Assembly (NCBI GenBank): GCA_050255855.1
Contig: JBFWIY010000001.1
Span: 1-28,529 of the forward strand
Length of the DNA: 28,529 nt
Direction: 5' to 3'
Source: Desulfovibrionaceae bacterium
Lineage (GTDB): Bacteria > Desulfobacterota > Desulfovibrionia > Desulfovibrionales > Desulfovibrionaceae
Positions 1 to 10,484 of the stretch are shown here, in pieces. The notes below the pieces were generated by a model. The model saw only the letters and a program-made list of their open reading frames with translations, made no database searches and was not told the DNA's origin. Position 1 is the stretch's first letter. Each line of letters starts with the position of its first letter. Position numbers and translations under genes: made by a program.

Positions 1-1215
1 GAACCACTTGCGCATCCGGCCCAGGATGCGATTGAACACATTGTCGTCGCGGATGCGGAAGCGCTGCTCCTGTCCCTGCTCCACTTCGCATCCGTATTTC
101 AGCAGACCCACCGCCGTGGCGAACTGCGGTCCGGCCACCACGTCGGTGAGCCCGCCCAGCCCGATGGGGTAGCCGATGCGCACCGGCAGATCGAAGATCT
201 GGTCGGCCAGCTCCTGCATGCCCTCGATGAGGCTGGAGCCGCCGGTGAGCACCACCCCCGCGGCGATGGAGTTCTTGAAGCCCGATTTCATGAGGTCCTG
301 GTCCACCAGGGAGAGGATCTCCTCCACCCGCGGCTCGCAGATCTCGGCCAGCACCCGGCGGGACATGGCGCGCGACTCGCGCCCGCCCACGCTGGGCACC
401 TCGATGATGTCGTCGTTGTCCACCAGGTCGGCCAGGGCGCAGCCGTGCTCCACCTTGATCTTCTCCGCGCTCTGCATGGGGGTGCGCAGGCCGAAGGCGA
501 TGTCGTTGGTCAGGTTGTTGCCGCCCAGGGCCAGCACCGAGGTGTGTTTGATGGAGTCCTTGGAGAAGATGGCGATGTCCGTGGTGCCGCCGCCGATGTC
601 CACGATGGCCACGCCGATCTCGCGCTCCTCGGCCGTGAGCACGGCCTTGCTGGAGGCCAGCGACTCCAGCACGATGTCGGCCACGTCCAGCCCGGCCCGG
701 TGGCAGGAGCGGACGATGTTCTGGGCCGAGGTCACCGCGCCGGTGACGATGTGCACCTTGGTCTCCAGGCGCACGCCCGCCATGCCCAGCGGGTCGGAGA
801 TGCCGCGCTGGTCGTCCACGATGAACTCCTGGGGCAGGGTGTGGATGACCTCGCGGTCCAGCGGGATGGCCACGGCCTTGGCGGCCTCGATGGCCCGCTC
901 CACGTCCTTCTGCGTCACCTCGCCGCCCTTGACGGCGATGACCCCGTGGGAGTTGAAGCCCTTGATGTGGGAGCCGGCGATGCCGGCGTAGACCGAGCGG
1001 ATTTCGCACCCGGCCATGAGCTCGGCTTCTTCCAGGGCCTTTTTGATGGACTGCACGGTCTGCTCGATGTTCACCACCACGCCGCGCCGCAGGCCCGTGG
1101 AGGGCGCGGTGCCGATGCCGATGATGTCCACCACGTCCCCGTCCTGCTCGCCCACCACGGCGCAGATCTTGGTGGTGCCGATGTCCAGTCCGACGACCAG
1201 GTCATTTTTCGCCAT
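1..1215 (-). CDS. ftsA: Cell division protein FtsA (3' end truncated by the window edge)
   Basis: Translated by hand because it is absent from the ORF track (no stop in the window). ATG at 1215 gives MAKNDLVVGLDIGTTKIC; internal DIGGGTTD actin-like ATPase motif; ends ...FNRILGRMRKWF (amphipathic C-terminal helix) at position 1. AAGGAG RBS upstream; lies directly after ftsQ. Confidence 0.97.
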   Translation of the reverse strand, partial: MAKNDLVVGLDIGTTKICAVVGEQDGDVVDIIGIGTAPSTGLRRGVVVNIEQTVQSIKKALEEAELMAGCEIRSVYAGIAGSHIKGFNSHGVIAVKGGEVTQKDVERAIEAAKAVAIPLDREVIHTLPQEFIVDDQRGISDPLGMAGVRLETKVHIVTGAVTSAQNIVRSCHRAGLDVADIVLESLASSKAVLTAEEREIGVAIVDIGGGTTDIAIFSKDSIKHTSVLALGGNNLTNDIAFGLRTPMQSAEKIKVEHGCALADLVDNDDIIEVPSVGGRESRAMSRRVLAEICEPRVEEILSLVDQDLMKSGFKNSIAAGVVLTGGSSLIEGMQELADQIFDLPVRIGYPIGLGGLTDVVAGPQFATAVGLLKYGCEVEQGQEQRFRIRDDNVFNRILGRMRKWF

Positions 1216-1272
1216 TACCGACTCCTTGTTGCATGCTCAGGCGGCCCGGGGCCGCCCCGTGTTCGTGGTTCG

Positions 1273-2106
1273 CTAGGACCGCAGCCGCACCCAGACCCGG
1301 TCGTCCCCGGCGGTGATGGCGGCGATGCGGTCGTCCTCGCCGTTGGCCTTCAGGTCCGCCAGCACGGTCTTCATCCGCGCCAGATGGGTGTCGAATCCGT
1401 CGACGGGCAGGCGCAGGGTGAGGTGCGGCCCATCGAGATACATCTCCACGTCGCCCGAGGCGGCGCAGCGCACCCAGGCCAGGTGCTCCAGGCCGAAGGG
1501 CAGGCCGCCGCTGGCCAGCATCCGCGCCAGCCGGGGCAGCAGGGCCCGGGCCGCCTCGGCCCCGGGCTCCACCATGAGCACCGGCCGGGAGACGAAGCCC
1601 GCCCCGGTCACCGGGGCGATGGCCCGGCCGTCGGCGTCGGCGTAGTACATGGTCTCGCCCTGCTGCACCCAGAAGAAGGGGGCTTTTTCGGTGACGGCCA
1701 GGGTCAGCGTGTCGGGCAGGCTGCGGCGCAGGGTGACGCTCTGCACCCAGGGCGCGGCCGAGAGGCGCGACTGCACCGCGGTCATGTTCAGGGCCAGGGC
1801 GTTCATGCCCTCGTTCACCTGGGCCCGGGAGAGGACCTCCGCGCGGCTCATGCGCTCGGCCCCGGTGACGTCGATCTCCCTGAGGCTGAAATAGGGGGAG
1901 GTGGTGAGCAGGCGGTAGCCCCCGTAGAGGACCACGGCCATGCCCGCCAGGAAGGCCAGCCCGGCCAGGGCGGCCAGGAACCGGCGCACCCCGCGCGGCA
2001 GGGCCAGGGCAGACCCGCCGCCGCCCCGGCGGCGGTTGGAGGGCGCGCGGCGTCGGCCGTCGCGCAGCATCACTCTCGGAGCCTTTCGCGCCGCTGCGTA
2101 GCTCAT
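1273..2106 (-). CDS. ftsQ: Cell division protein FtsQ/DivIB (277 aa)
   Basis: True start is MSYAAARK at ATG 2106, overlapping the murB stop (ATGA), within ORF 1273..2583. Arg-rich cytoplasmic N-terminus, one TM helix (FLAALAGLAFLAGMAVVLYGGY), POTRA domain (FSLREIDVTG...PWVQSVTLRRSLPDTLTLAVTE); dcw position. Confidence 0.93.
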   Translation of the reverse strand: MSYAAARKAPRVMLRDGRRRAPSNRRRGGGGSALALPRGVRRFLAALAGLAFLAGMAVVLYGGYRLLTTSPYFSLREIDVTGAERMSRAEVLSRAQVNEGMNALALNMTAVQSRLSAAPWVQSVTLRRSLPDTLTLAVTEKAPFFWVQQGETMYYADADGRAIAPVTGAGFVSRPVLMVEPGAEAARALLPRLARMLASGGLPFGLEHLAWVRCAASGDVEMYLDGPHLTLRLPVDGFDTHLARMKTVLADLKANGEDDRIAAITAGDDRVWVRLRS

Positions 2107-2996
2107 GCGATCACCACCACCTCGGTTTCGAGCCGCACGCCGGACCGATCCAGCACGGTCGCGCGCGCCAGCTCCAGGAGCTCCAGGGCCTGGGCCGCGG
2201 TGCCGCCGCCCAGGTTCACGAGAAAATTGGCGTGCCGGTCGGAGAAGGCCATGTCCCCCAGCCGACGCCCCTTGAACCCGGCCTGCTCCAACAGCCGCCC
2301 GGCGAAGTCGCCCTCCGGGTTCTTGAACACGCAGCCCGCCGTGCGGCAGCTCACGGGCTGGGAGAGCTGCTTGCGCTCCATGACCTCCACCATGCGGGCG
2401 CGGACCGCCGCGTCGTCGCTGGGGGCCAGGTCCAGCTCCACCTCCCAGACCAGCCAGGGGGCGCGGTCCAGGCGCGGGTCGAAATGCCGGTAGGCGAAGG
2501 CCACCTCGTGGGCGGTCTTCCAGGCCAGGTCGCCGCCCGGGGTCCAGAGCCGCACCCGGCGCACCCGCTCGCCCAGGCAGCACCCGAAGGACCCCGCGTT
2601 GCCCGCCACGGACCCGCCCACGTTGCCCGGGATGCCGGTGAGGCCCTCCAGGCCGGAGAGCCCGGCCCGGGCCAGCTCGTGCAGCAGGATGGGCAGCTTG
2701 AGCCCGGCCCCGGCGCGCACGGTGACGGCGTCGGCGTCCGGCGCCCGGTCCAGGATCCGGAAGTCCGCGTTGGCCGGGCGCACCAGCACCAGGGGCAGCT
2801 CGTGGTCCGCGGCCAGCAGGTTGGAGCCCCCGCCCAGGACCAGGACCCGGCCCTCGGGCTCGCGGGCCAGCAGGCCCGCCAGCTCGTCCAGGTCGGCCTC
2901 GCGGCGCAGCACGACCTCGGCCAGGCAGGGGCCGCCCAGGCCGAGGGTGGTGCGCTCGCTCAGGCGCGGTCCGGGGCGGGTCAGGCTCAGGCTCAC
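2103..2996 (-). CDS. murB: UDP-N-acetylenolpyruvoylglucosamine reductase MurB (297 aa)
   Basis: C-terminal part of ORF 2103..3878, with GTG 2996 overlapping the murC stop. Motifs [47 protein letters not shown]. Confidence 0.96.
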   Translation of the reverse strand: MSLSLTRPGPRLSERTTLGLGGPCLAEVVLRREADLDELAGLLAREPEGRVLVLGGGSNLLAADHELPLVLVRPANADFRILDRAPDADAVTVRAGAGLKLPILLHELARAGLSGLEGLTGIPGNVGGSVAGNAGSFGCCLGERVRRVRLWTPGGDLAWKTAHEVAFAYRHFDPRLDRAPWLVWEVELDLAPSDDAAVRARMVEVMERKQLSQPVSCRTAGCVFKNPEGDFAGRLLEQAGFKGRRLGDMAFSDRHANFLVNLGGGTAAQALELLELARATVLDRSGVRLETEVVVIA

Positions 2997-4441
2997 GCGC
3001 GTTCTCCTTCGCCCTCGTCGCTGTGGGCCTCCAGCCAGCGTTCGCCCACCTGCCAGATGCTGCCCGCCCCCAGGGTGAGCAGCAGGTCCCCGGCCCGGAG
3101 CACGTCGTCCAGCAGGGTCGAGAGCTCCTCGAAGTCCTGGGCGAACTGCACCTCGGTCTTGGAGACCTGGCGGATGCCCTGGGCCAGGCTGGAGCCGGAC
3201 ACCCCGGGGATGGGGGACTCGGAGGCCGGGTAGATCTCGGTGAGCAGGAGCAGGTCCACCTGCTCGAAGCATTTGCAGAAGTCGCCGAAGAGCGCCTGGG
3301 TCCGGGTGAAGCGGTGGGGCTGGAAGGCCACCACCATGCGGCGGTCCGGGAAACAGGCCTTGGCCGTGTTCAGGGTCTGCCTGATCTCGGCCGGATGGTG
3401 GCCGTAGTCGTCCACCACCAGCACGCCCTTGCGCTCGCCCTTGCGCTCGAAGCGCCGCCCCACCCCGCCGAAGTTGGACAGCCCGCGCAGGATGGCCTCC
3501 TTGGGCAGCCCGGCCTCGATGCTCACCCCGATGGCCCCCAGGGCGTTGAGCACGTTGTGGCGGCCGGGGTGGGCCAGGGTGGCCTCGGCCCAGGGCTCGC
3601 CGTCCAGGGTGACGCGGAACAGGCTGCGCAGGCCCGTGGTGACGATCTCGCCGCGCAGCCGGTTGCCCGGGTTCAGGCCGTAGGTCATGTAGGGCCGCCG
3701 GATCTTGGGCAGCAGGCGCTGCACCCCGGGGTCGTCGCCGCACACCACGTTCATGCCGTAGAACGGGATGGCGTTCATGAAATCGCTGAAGGCCGCGTCG
3801 ATCTCGTCCAGGTCCTTGTAGTGGTCCAGGTGGTCGCGGTCCACGTTGGTGACCACGGTGATGATGGGCGACAGGCACAGGAAGCTGCCGTCGCTCTCGT
3901 CGGCCTCGGCGATGAGGTAGTTGCCCATGCCCAGGTGCGCGCCCGCGCCGTAGGCGTTGAGCCGGCCGCCGATGATGACCGTGGGGTCCTGCCCGGCCTC
4001 GCCGAAGATGGTGGCCAGGATGGAGGTGGTGGTGGTCTTGCCGTGGGTCCCGGCCACGGCGATGCCCGCCTTGAGCCGCATCAGCTCGGCCAGCATCTCG
4101 GCCCGGGGGATGATGGGGATCTTGCGCTCCCGGGCGCGGATCAGCTCCGGGTTGTCGTCCTGGATGGCCGTGGACTTCACCACCACGTCGGCGTCGCCCA
4201 CGTTGTCGGCCCCGTGGCCGATGAACACCTGGGCCCCGAGCTTGGTGAGCCGGCGCACCGCGGCCGAGGCGCTCAGGTCCGAGCCGGTGACGGTGAAGCC
4301 CATGTTCAGGAGCACCTCGGCGATGCCGCTCATGCCGGAGCCGCCGATGCCCACCATGTGCACGGTCTGGACCCGGGCGTGCATCATGGACAGCCCTGCC
4401 GGGCCGGTGAGGTCGATCTTGGGTCCGTTGCCGGGAACCAT
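2993..4441 (-). CDS. murC: UDP-N-acetylmuramate--L-alanine ligase MurC
   Basis: Motifs [50 protein letters not shown]. Start uncertain: ATG 4441 has a GAGGAG RBS; alternatives are ATG 4387 and 4384. Confidence 0.97.
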   Translation of the reverse strand: MVPGNGPKIDLTGPAGLSMMHARVQTVHMVGIGGSGMSGIAEVLLNMGFTVTGSDLSASAAVRRLTKLGAQVFIGHGADNVGDADVVVKSTAIQDDNPELIRARERKIPIIPRAEMLAELMRLKAGIAVAGTHGKTTTTSILATIFGEAGQDPTVIIGGRLNAYGAGAHLGMGNYLIAEADESDGSFLCLSPIITVVTNVDRDHLDHYKDLDEIDAAFSDFMNAIPFYGMNVVCGDDPGVQRLLPKIRRPYMTYGLNPGNRLRGEIVTTGLRSLFRVTLDGEPWAEATLAHPGRHNVLNALGAIGVSIEAGLPKEAILRGLSNFGGVGRRFERKGERKGVLVVDDYGHHPAEIRQTLNTAKACFPDRRMVVAFQPHRFTRTQALFGDFCKCFEQVDLLLLTEIYPASESPIPGVSGSSLAQGIRQVSKTEVQFAQDFEELSTLLDDVLRAGDLLLTLGAGSIWQVGERWLEAHSDEGEGERA

Positions 4442-4442
4442 G

Positions 4443-5570
4443 TCAGTTCTCCTCGGCCCGGGGGCGGGCCAGGCTTTCGAGTTGGTCCACGATGTCCGCC
4501 GCGGCGCTCGGCCGGGCGAAGCCCAGGGCGGCGCGGGACATGGCGGCGAGCCCGGCCGGGTCGGCCAGGCGGGCGGCCACCTGTTCGCCCAGGCCCTCGG
4601 CCGTGAGCTCGGCCTGGGGCAGGCAGCGGGCCGCCCCGGCGGTCTCCAGGGCCCGCGCGTTGCGGGTCTGGTGGTCGTGGGTGGCGTGGGGAAAGGGCAC
4701 CAGCAGGGCGGGCAGCCCGGCCGCGGCCAGCTCGAACACCGTGCTGGCCCCGGCCCGGCACAGGGCCAGGTCGGCGTCCGCATAGGCCCCGGCCATGTCC
4801 GTGACGAAGCCGTGCACGCCCGAGTCGTCGAACCCGGCGGCGCGGTAGGCCTCGCGCACCCGGGCCTCGTCCGCGGCCCCGGCCTGATGGAAAATTTCCA
4901 CGCCCAGGTCGCGCAGCCGGGGCAGGGCGGCCACCACCAAATCGTTGAGGGCCCGGGCTCCCTGGCTGCCGCCCAGCACCAGCAGGCGGCGGCCCGGGGC
5001 GCGGCCCGCGCGGGCCCGGCCCGCGGCGGCGATGTCCGGCCGCACCGGGTTGCCCACGGCCAGCACGTTCCGGCCGGGGAAAAATTCCGCCGTGTCCGGG
5101 AAGGAGACCAGCACCCGGTCCACCTTTCGGGACAGGAAGCGGTTGGCCGCGCCGGGCACGGAGTTTTGCTCGTGGATCAGGGCCGGGATGCGCAGCAGCC
5201 GCGCGGCCAGCACCGGGCAGAACCCGGCGAACCCGCCGAACCCCGCCACCACCTGGGGCCGGAAGCGGGAGAGCAGTCCCCCGGAGCGCAGCACGCTCAC
5301 GCCCATGCCGAGCAGGGAGAGCGCCCCGCGCCAGCCCCGGCCCAGGACCCCGGAGACGTGCAGGCCCTCGAACTCCAGCCCGGCCTCGGTGGCCAGCCGT
5401 TTTTCCGGTCCCCGTCCGCCCACGAAGAGCACCCGGCAGCCCGGGTGACGCCGCCGCAGCTCCCCGGCCACGGCCAGGGCCGGGAAGATGTGCCCGCCGG
5501 TGCCGCCGGTGGTGAGCACCACGCGGTCCAGGCCCGAGGCGGGGGCGGTATGGGCGGCGGAGCCGGTCAC
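4443..5570 (-). CDS. murG: Undecaprenyl-PP-MurNAc-pentapeptide GlcNAc transferase MurG (375 aa)
   Basis: Motifs [35 protein letters not shown]...HQ..NA; GTG start one base after the ftsW stop. Confidence 0.97.
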   Translation of the reverse strand: MTGSAAHTAPASGLDRVVLTTGGTGGHIFPALAVAGELRRRHPGCRVLFVGGRGPEKRLATEAGLEFEGLHVSGVLGRGWRGALSLLGMGVSVLRSGGLLSRFRPQVVAGFGGFAGFCPVLAARLLRIPALIHEQNSVPGAANRFLSRKVDRVLVSFPDTAEFFPGRNVLAVGNPVRPDIAAAGRARAGRAPGRRLLVLGGSQGARALNDLVVAALPRLRDLGVEIFHQAGAADEARVREAYRAAGFDDSGVHGFVTDMAGAYADADLALCRAGASTVFELAAAGLPALLVPFPHATHDHQTRNARALETAGAARCLPQAELTAEGLGEQVAARLADPAGLAAMSRAALGFARPSAAADIVDQLESLARPRAEEN

Positions 5571-5571
5571 G

Positions 5572-6696
5572 CTAGGCCTCTTTGCGGTTGCGGGAGAGGT
5601 TGAGCAGGATGCCCACGCAGGCGAAGGAGGCCAGCATGCTGGACCCGCCGTAGCTCACGAAGGGCATGGGCACGCCCTTGGGCGGCACGGTGCCCAGCAC
5701 CACCGCCAGGTTGAGCAGGAAGCCCAGGGCCAGGATGAGCACCATGCCGAAGGCGCAGAGCCGGTCGCGCAGGTCCTCCTGCTTCCAGGTGACGCACAGG
5801 CCGCGCCAGATGAGCAGGCCGATGAGCAGGAACACGAAGGACACGCCCAGGAACCCCAGCTCCTCGCCCACCACGGCCATGATGAAGTCGTTGTGCGCCT
5901 CGGGCAGGAAGAAGAGCTTCTGCTTGCCCGCGCCCAGGCCCACCCCGGCCAGCTGGCCCGAGCCGAAGGAGTACAGGGACTGCACCAGCTGATAGCCCTC
6001 GTCCTTGGCCACCTTGAAGGGGTCCAGGAAGGCGGTCCAGCGCTTGAGGCGGTAGGGCGACTGGGAGATGAGCATCCACCCGGCCCAGGCCCCGAAGGCC
6101 CCGGAGCTGACCAGGTAGAAGAGCCGCGTGCCCCCGGCCAGGCACATGAAGAACAGGATCATGGCCAGGAACACCGCCCCGCCGAAGTCCGGCTGGGCCA
6201 GCAGCAGCAGGCACATGGCCCCGGTGACCAGCACCGGCGGCATGAAGCCCACGGAGAAGGTCTTCACCAGCTCCTGTTTGCGCGCGAAGAAGTGGGCCAG
6301 GTAGACCACCAGGGCCAGCTTGGCGAACTCCAGGGGCTGCACGGACATGGGGCCCAGGTGCAGCCAGCGCCGCGCCCCGCCCGCCTCGGTCCCCAGGGGG
6401 GTGAAGGCGCACAGCCCGAGCAGCAGCATGGCCGCGACGACCCAGAAGTAGGTCAGGTCGTAGAGCATGGCCCGGGGCATGCGCGCCGTGAGCCACATGA
6501 CCCCCAGCCCGAGGACGAAGAACACGGTCTGCTTCTTGAAGAAGAAGTATTTGTCCGCATAGAAGCGCTCGGCCATGATGCCCGAGGAGGAGAAGACCAT
6601 CACCAGCCCCAGCCCGGCCAGCACCAGGGTGCCGAACAGCAGCCAGTGGTCCATGTGCGCGGCGGCCGCGCCGGTCTTGCCGATCTTGCGGTTCAT
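5572..6696 (-). CDS. ftsW: SEDS family peptidoglycan polymerase FtsW (374 aa)
   Basis: ATG 6696 overlaps the murD stop (ATGA). Polytopic membrane protein with GARRW, QPLEFAKL, QPDFG, GYQLVQS, LPEAHNDFI, GVPMPFVSYGGSS. Confidence 0.97.
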   Translation of the reverse strand: MNRKIGKTGAAAAHMDHWLLFGTLVLAGLGLVMVFSSSGIMAERFYADKYFFFKKQTVFFVLGLGVMWLTARMPRAMLYDLTYFWVVAAMLLLGLCAFTPLGTEAGGARRWLHLGPMSVQPLEFAKLALVVYLAHFFARKQELVKTFSVGFMPPVLVTGAMCLLLLAQPDFGGAVFLAMILFFMCLAGGTRLFYLVSSGAFGAWAGWMLISQSPYRLKRWTAFLDPFKVAKDEGYQLVQSLYSFGSGQLAGVGLGAGKQKLFFLPEAHNDFIMAVVGEELGFLGVSFVFLLIGLLIWRGLCVTWKQEDLRDRLCAFGMVLILALGFLLNLAVVLGTVPPKGVPMPFVSYGGSSMLASFACVGILLNLSRNRKEA

Positions 6697-8000
6697 GCCG
6701 CGCCCTCCATCGCCTTGACGATGCCCTGAAAGTGGTCCCCGCGCTGGGCGTAGCCCTTGTAGAGGTCGAAGCTGGCCGTGCCCGGGGAGAGCAGCACCAC
6801 GTCGCCCGGCCGGGCGGCCGCGGCCAGCCGGGCCACGGCGGCCGGGAGCTCGGGCGCCCAGAACAGGTCGAAATCGTCCCGCAGGGCGGGCTCGAACACC
6901 TCGCGCGCCGCGCCGAAGAGTCCGATCTGGACCACGTGGCCCTGGAACACCGGGATGAGGGAGCGCACGTCCCCGCCCTTGTACACCCCGCCCATGAGCA
7001 GCCGCACCGGGCGGTCGAAGCTCTTCACCGCCGCGGCCACGGCCTCCAGGGTGGTGGCCTTGGAGTCGTCCACGTAGAGCACCCCGGCCACCTCGGCCAC
7101 GCGTTCGATGCGGTGATGCGGCGGCACGAAGGCGGCCACGGCCCGGGCCGCGGTGGGCTCGTCCACGCCCAGGAAGGACACGGCCCGCCACACGGCCTCC
7201 AGGTTGGCCACGCTGTGGGCCCCGGGGAGGTTGGGGGCGTCGAAGCGCACCTGGGGCTCGTACCAGAGGACCTGGGCGCGGGTCTTGAGCCGCGGCTCCA
7301 GCTCGGCGCGCTGGCGCGCGGGCAGGATGGCCAGGTCGGACTCGTCCTGCCGGGCGAAGAGGGAGAGCTTGGCGTCGATGTACTCGTCCATGTCCCGGTG
7401 CCAGTCCAGGTGGTTGGCCGAGACGTTGAGCAGGATGCCGACGCGGGGCTTGAGGGTGCGGCAGGCCATGAGCTGGAAGCTGGAGATCTCCATGACCAGG
7501 ACGTCGGGGCGTTCGCCCGCGTACACGCTCTCCGAAAGGGGGGTGCCGATGTTGCCGCCCACGAAGACGGACTTGCCCGCGGCCTCGAACACCGCGGCGA
7601 TGACCTTGGTGGTGGTGGTCTTGCCGTTGGTGCCGGTGATGGCCACCATGGGCGCGTCGGTGAACCAGGAGGCCAGCTCGAACTCGGCCACCAGCCGGTC
7701 CCGGGCGCGGTCGTCCAGGAAGGGATCGAGCTTGCGGGCGGGCACGCCCGGGGAGAGGACCACCAGGTCCGCGTCGGCGAACTGGGCCGGGGAGTGGGGC
7801 CCGCGCTCCAGGGTCACGGCCGGGCCCAGGGCCGCGAAGGGGGCGGGGTCGAGGTCGGGGTTCGCATCCACCACGCGCACGGCCGCGCCCTTGGCCGCGG
7901 CCAGCCGGGCCGCGGCCCGGCCGGACACGCCGCCGCCCACCACCGTGATGCGGCGGCCGCGCAGGGCGTTCTCGTCGTGGCGGTCGAATTCGAACATCAT
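6693..8000 (-). CDS. murD: UDP-MurNAc-L-Ala--D-Glu ligase MurD (435 aa)
   Basis: GGGVSG, LSPGVP, ITGTNGKTTT, EISSFQL, HLDWH, HRIE, DDSKATT, LSPGTASFD. Confidence 0.97.
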   Translation of the reverse strand: MMFEFDRHDENALRGRRITVVGGGVSGRAAARLAAAKGAAVRVVDANPDLDPAPFAALGPAVTLERGPHSPAQFADADLVVLSPGVPARKLDPFLDDRARDRLVAEFELASWFTDAPMVAITGTNGKTTTTKVIAAVFEAAGKSVFVGGNIGTPLSESVYAGERPDVLVMEISSFQLMACRTLKPRVGILLNVSANHLDWHRDMDEYIDAKLSLFARQDESDLAILPARQRAELEPRLKTRAQVLWYEPQVRFDAPNLPGAHSVANLEAVWRAVSFLGVDEPTAARAVAAFVPPHHRIERVAEVAGVLYVDDSKATTLEAVAAAVKSFDRPVRLLMGGVYKGGDVRSLIPVFQGHVVQIGLFGAAREVFEPALRDDFDLFWAPELPAAVARLAAAARPGDVVLLSPGTASFDLYKGYAQRGDHFQGIVKAMEGAA

Positions 8001-8004
8001 GCTT

Positions 8005-9081
8005 CTACCTCAACTTCAGGGTGGACAGGGCCACCAGGGCCAGCAGGATGGAGAGGATCCAGAACCGGATGATGATCTTGGATTCCGGAATGCCCTTGAG
8101 CTCGAAATGGTGGTGCAGGGGGGCCATGCGGAAGATGCGTTTGCCGCCCGTGACCTTGAAGTAGCCCACCTGGAGGATGACGGAGATGGTCTCGAACACG
8201 AACACCCCGCCCACGATGACCAGGAGCAGCTCCTGCTTGCAGAGCACGGCCAGGAAGCCCAGCGCCCCGCCCAGGGAGAGCGACCCCACGTCGCCCATGA
8301 ACACCTGGGCCGGGTAGGCGTTGTACCAGAGGAACCCGAGCCCCGCGCCCATGAGCGCCCCGCAGAACACGCTCACCTCGCCCACGCCCGGCACGCTGAT
8401 CACGTTCAGGTACTCGGCGATGTTGGCGTGGCCGGCCACGTAGATGAACAGCCCGAAGCAGGCCGAGGCCACGATCATGGGCCCGATGGCCAGGCCGTCC
8501 AGGCCGTCGGTGAGGTTCACGGCGTTGGAGGTGCCCACCAGCACGAACACGGTGAGCGGCAGGTAGAACCAGCCCAGGTCCGGGTGGAAGTTCTTGAAGA
8601 AGGGCACGGCCAGCTTGGTGGAGTAGGCGGGCTCGCACAGCAGCCAGCCGATGGCCGCCCCGGCCACCAGGATCTGGGCCAGGAACTTGGCCCGGGCCGT
8701 GAGGCCCTTGTTCTGGTGCTTGACCACCTTGATGTAGTCGTCGGCGAAGCCCACCGCGCCGAAGCCGGTGAAGACCAGCAGGATCATCCAGACGTAGTGG
8801 TTGGTGAGGTTGCCCCAGAGCAGGGTGCTCACCAGCACGGCGGAGATGATGAGCAGCCCGCCCATGGTGGGCGTGCCCTGCTTGCACTGGTGGGCGGCCA
8901 CGTCCTTGAGGATGGTCTGGCCGCACTTGATGCGCGTGAGCCAGCGGATGAAGCTCGGGCCCAGGAAGATGGTCAGCACCAGGGCGGTGAGCATGGCGTA
9001 CACCGACCGGAAGGTGATGTACCGGAAGACGTTGAAGATGCTGAACTGCTCGCTGAGCGGGTAGAGCAGATGATAGATCAC
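8005..9081 (-). CDS. mraY: Phospho-N-acetylmuramoyl-pentapeptide transferase MraY (358 aa)
   Basis: [47 protein letters not shown]; GTG start overlaps the murF stop. Confidence 0.98.
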   Translation of the reverse strand: MIYHLLYPLSEQFSIFNVFRYITFRSVYAMLTALVLTIFLGPSFIRWLTRIKCGQTILKDVAAHQCKQGTPTMGGLLIISAVLVSTLLWGNLTNHYVWMILLVFTGFGAVGFADDYIKVVKHQNKGLTARAKFLAQILVAGAAIGWLLCEPAYSTKLAVPFFKNFHPDLGWFYLPLTVFVLVGTSNAVNLTDGLDGLAIGPMIVASACFGLFIYVAGHANIAEYLNVISVPGVGEVSVFCGALMGAGLGFLWYNAYPAQVFMGDVGSLSLGGALGFLAVLCKQELLLVIVGGVFVFETISVILQVGYFKVTGGKRIFRMAPLHHHFELKGIPESKIIIRFWILSILLALVALSTLKLR

Positions 9082-10484
9082 GGGCGGGCTCCTTGGGCGC
9101 GCGCGGCCAGGGCGCGGGAAATCACCTCCACATAGCGCTCCATGCGGCAGGAGCGCGAGCCCTTGACAAGCACCACCGGGTTTTCGGCGGCGGCCAGGAT
9201 GGCGGCCAGGTCATCGGCGGCGGCCTCCGGGTCGGCCACGGGGGTGAGGGGCACGCCGTTCGCGCCGAAGCCGCGGGCCACGTCCGCGGCGTGGCCGCCG
9301 TGGAAGTAGAAGGCCGCCGGGGCCGCGGCGCGGGCCTCGCGGCCGATGCCTTCGTGGGCCTCGGCCGCGGCCGCGCCCAGCTCCAGCATGTCGCCCAGCA
9401 CCAGGATGAGCGGGCGGCTCCCGGCCATGGCCCGGGCCGTCTCGATGGCCTGGCGCATGGACAGCGGATTGGCGTTGTAGGTGTCGTCGATGAGGGTGCA
9501 GCCGCCGCAGGCGGTGCACACGAAGCGCTGCGGGGCCGGGCGCAGGGCCGAGATCCCGGCCAGCACCCCGGCGCGGGAGATGCCCAGCTCGCAGGCCGCG
9601 GCGGCCACGGCGGCGATGTTCTCGGCCATGTGGGCCCCGCAGGTGGGCAGGGTCATCTCGGCGCTCCAGCCCGGGGTGGCCAGGCGGAACCGGCCGCGGC
9701 CCTCGGGGGTGACGCCCTCGAAGCGGCAGAAATACGGGGCCTCGGGGTCCAGGGCCGAGGAGGTGATGGGCTTGGGCACGATGCGCTTGGCCTCGGCCAG
9801 GAGCAGGGGATGGTCCCGGCTGACCACGGCCCGGCCGCCCGGGGCCAGATATTGGAGCAGGGAGGCCTTGGCGCGGGCCACGCCCTCGATGCTGCCCAGG
9901 CCTTCCAGATGGCCCGGTCCGATGTTGTGGATCACGGCCAGGTCCGGGTGGGCGATCTCGCCCAGCTCGTCCATGTCCCCGGGATGGCTGATGCCCAGCT
10001 CCAGGACCCAGACCCCGGCGTCGGGCTCCGCGGCCAGGATGGTGAGCGGCGCGCCGATCTGGTTGTTGAGGTTGCGCCAGTTGCGGCAGGTGCGGCGCTC
10101 GGTGGCGCAGACCTCGGCCAGGAGCTCCTTCACCGTGGTCTTGCCCGCGGTGCCGGTGACGGCCACCACCGTGGCCGCGGCGGCGTCGCGCGCGGCGCGG
10201 GCCAGGCGGGCCAGGGCGGCGGCCACGTCGGGCACGCGCAGCTCCAGGGCCGGGGAGAGCCCGGGGGCCTCGCGCTGGGTGACCACCAGGGCGGCCCCGG
10301 CGGCCTCGGCCGCGGCGGCGAAGTCGTGGCCGTCGGCCTTGCTGCCGGGCAGGCAGAAGAACACGTCCCCGGGCCGCACGGCCCGGGAGTCCACACGGGC
10401 GAGCCCCAGCGCGCGGTCCCGTTCCGGGGCCGTGCGCGCTGCGCCCCGCAGATGGCGCTCGGCGTCACGGACGGTCATCTTCAC
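9078..10484 (-). CDS. murF: UDP-MurNAc-tripeptide--D-Ala-D-Ala ligase MurF (about 468 aa)
   Basis: C-terminal part of ORF 9078..11273; GTG 10484 overlaps the murE stop (alternative ATG 10478). [53 protein letters not shown]. Confidence 0.96.
   Translation of the reverse strand: MKMTVRDAERHLRGAARTAPERDRALGLARVDSRAVRPGDVFFCLPGSKADGHDFAAAAEAAGAALVVTQREAPGLSPALELRVPDVAAALARLARAARDAAAATVVAVTGTAGKTTVKELLAEVCATERRTCRNWRNLNNQIGAPLTILAAEPDAGVWVLELGISHPGDMDELGEIAHPDLAVIHNIGPGHLEGLGSIEGVARAKASLLQYLAPGGRAVVSRDHPLLLAEAKRIVPKPITSSALDPEAPYFCRFEGVTPEGRGRFRLATPGWSAEMTLPTCGAHMAENIAAVAAAACELGISRAGVLAGISALRPAPQRFVCTACGGCTLIDDTYNANPLSMRQAIETARAMAGSRPLILVLGDMLELGAAAAEAHEGIGREARAAAPAAFYFHGGHAADVARGFGANGVPLTPVADPEAAADDLAAILAAAENPVVLVKGSRSCRMERYVEVISRALAARAQGARP

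Noticed and set aside
2103-3878. Apparent N-terminal extensions or fusions in the ORF track: murB (591 aa), ftsQ (436), murC (596), ftsW (539), murF (731), ftsL (435), HD hydrolase (627), MTase (935)
   Set aside because: The extensions are off-frame read-through of the upstream real gene. Internal starts with an RBS or stop/start overlap give normal protein lengths.
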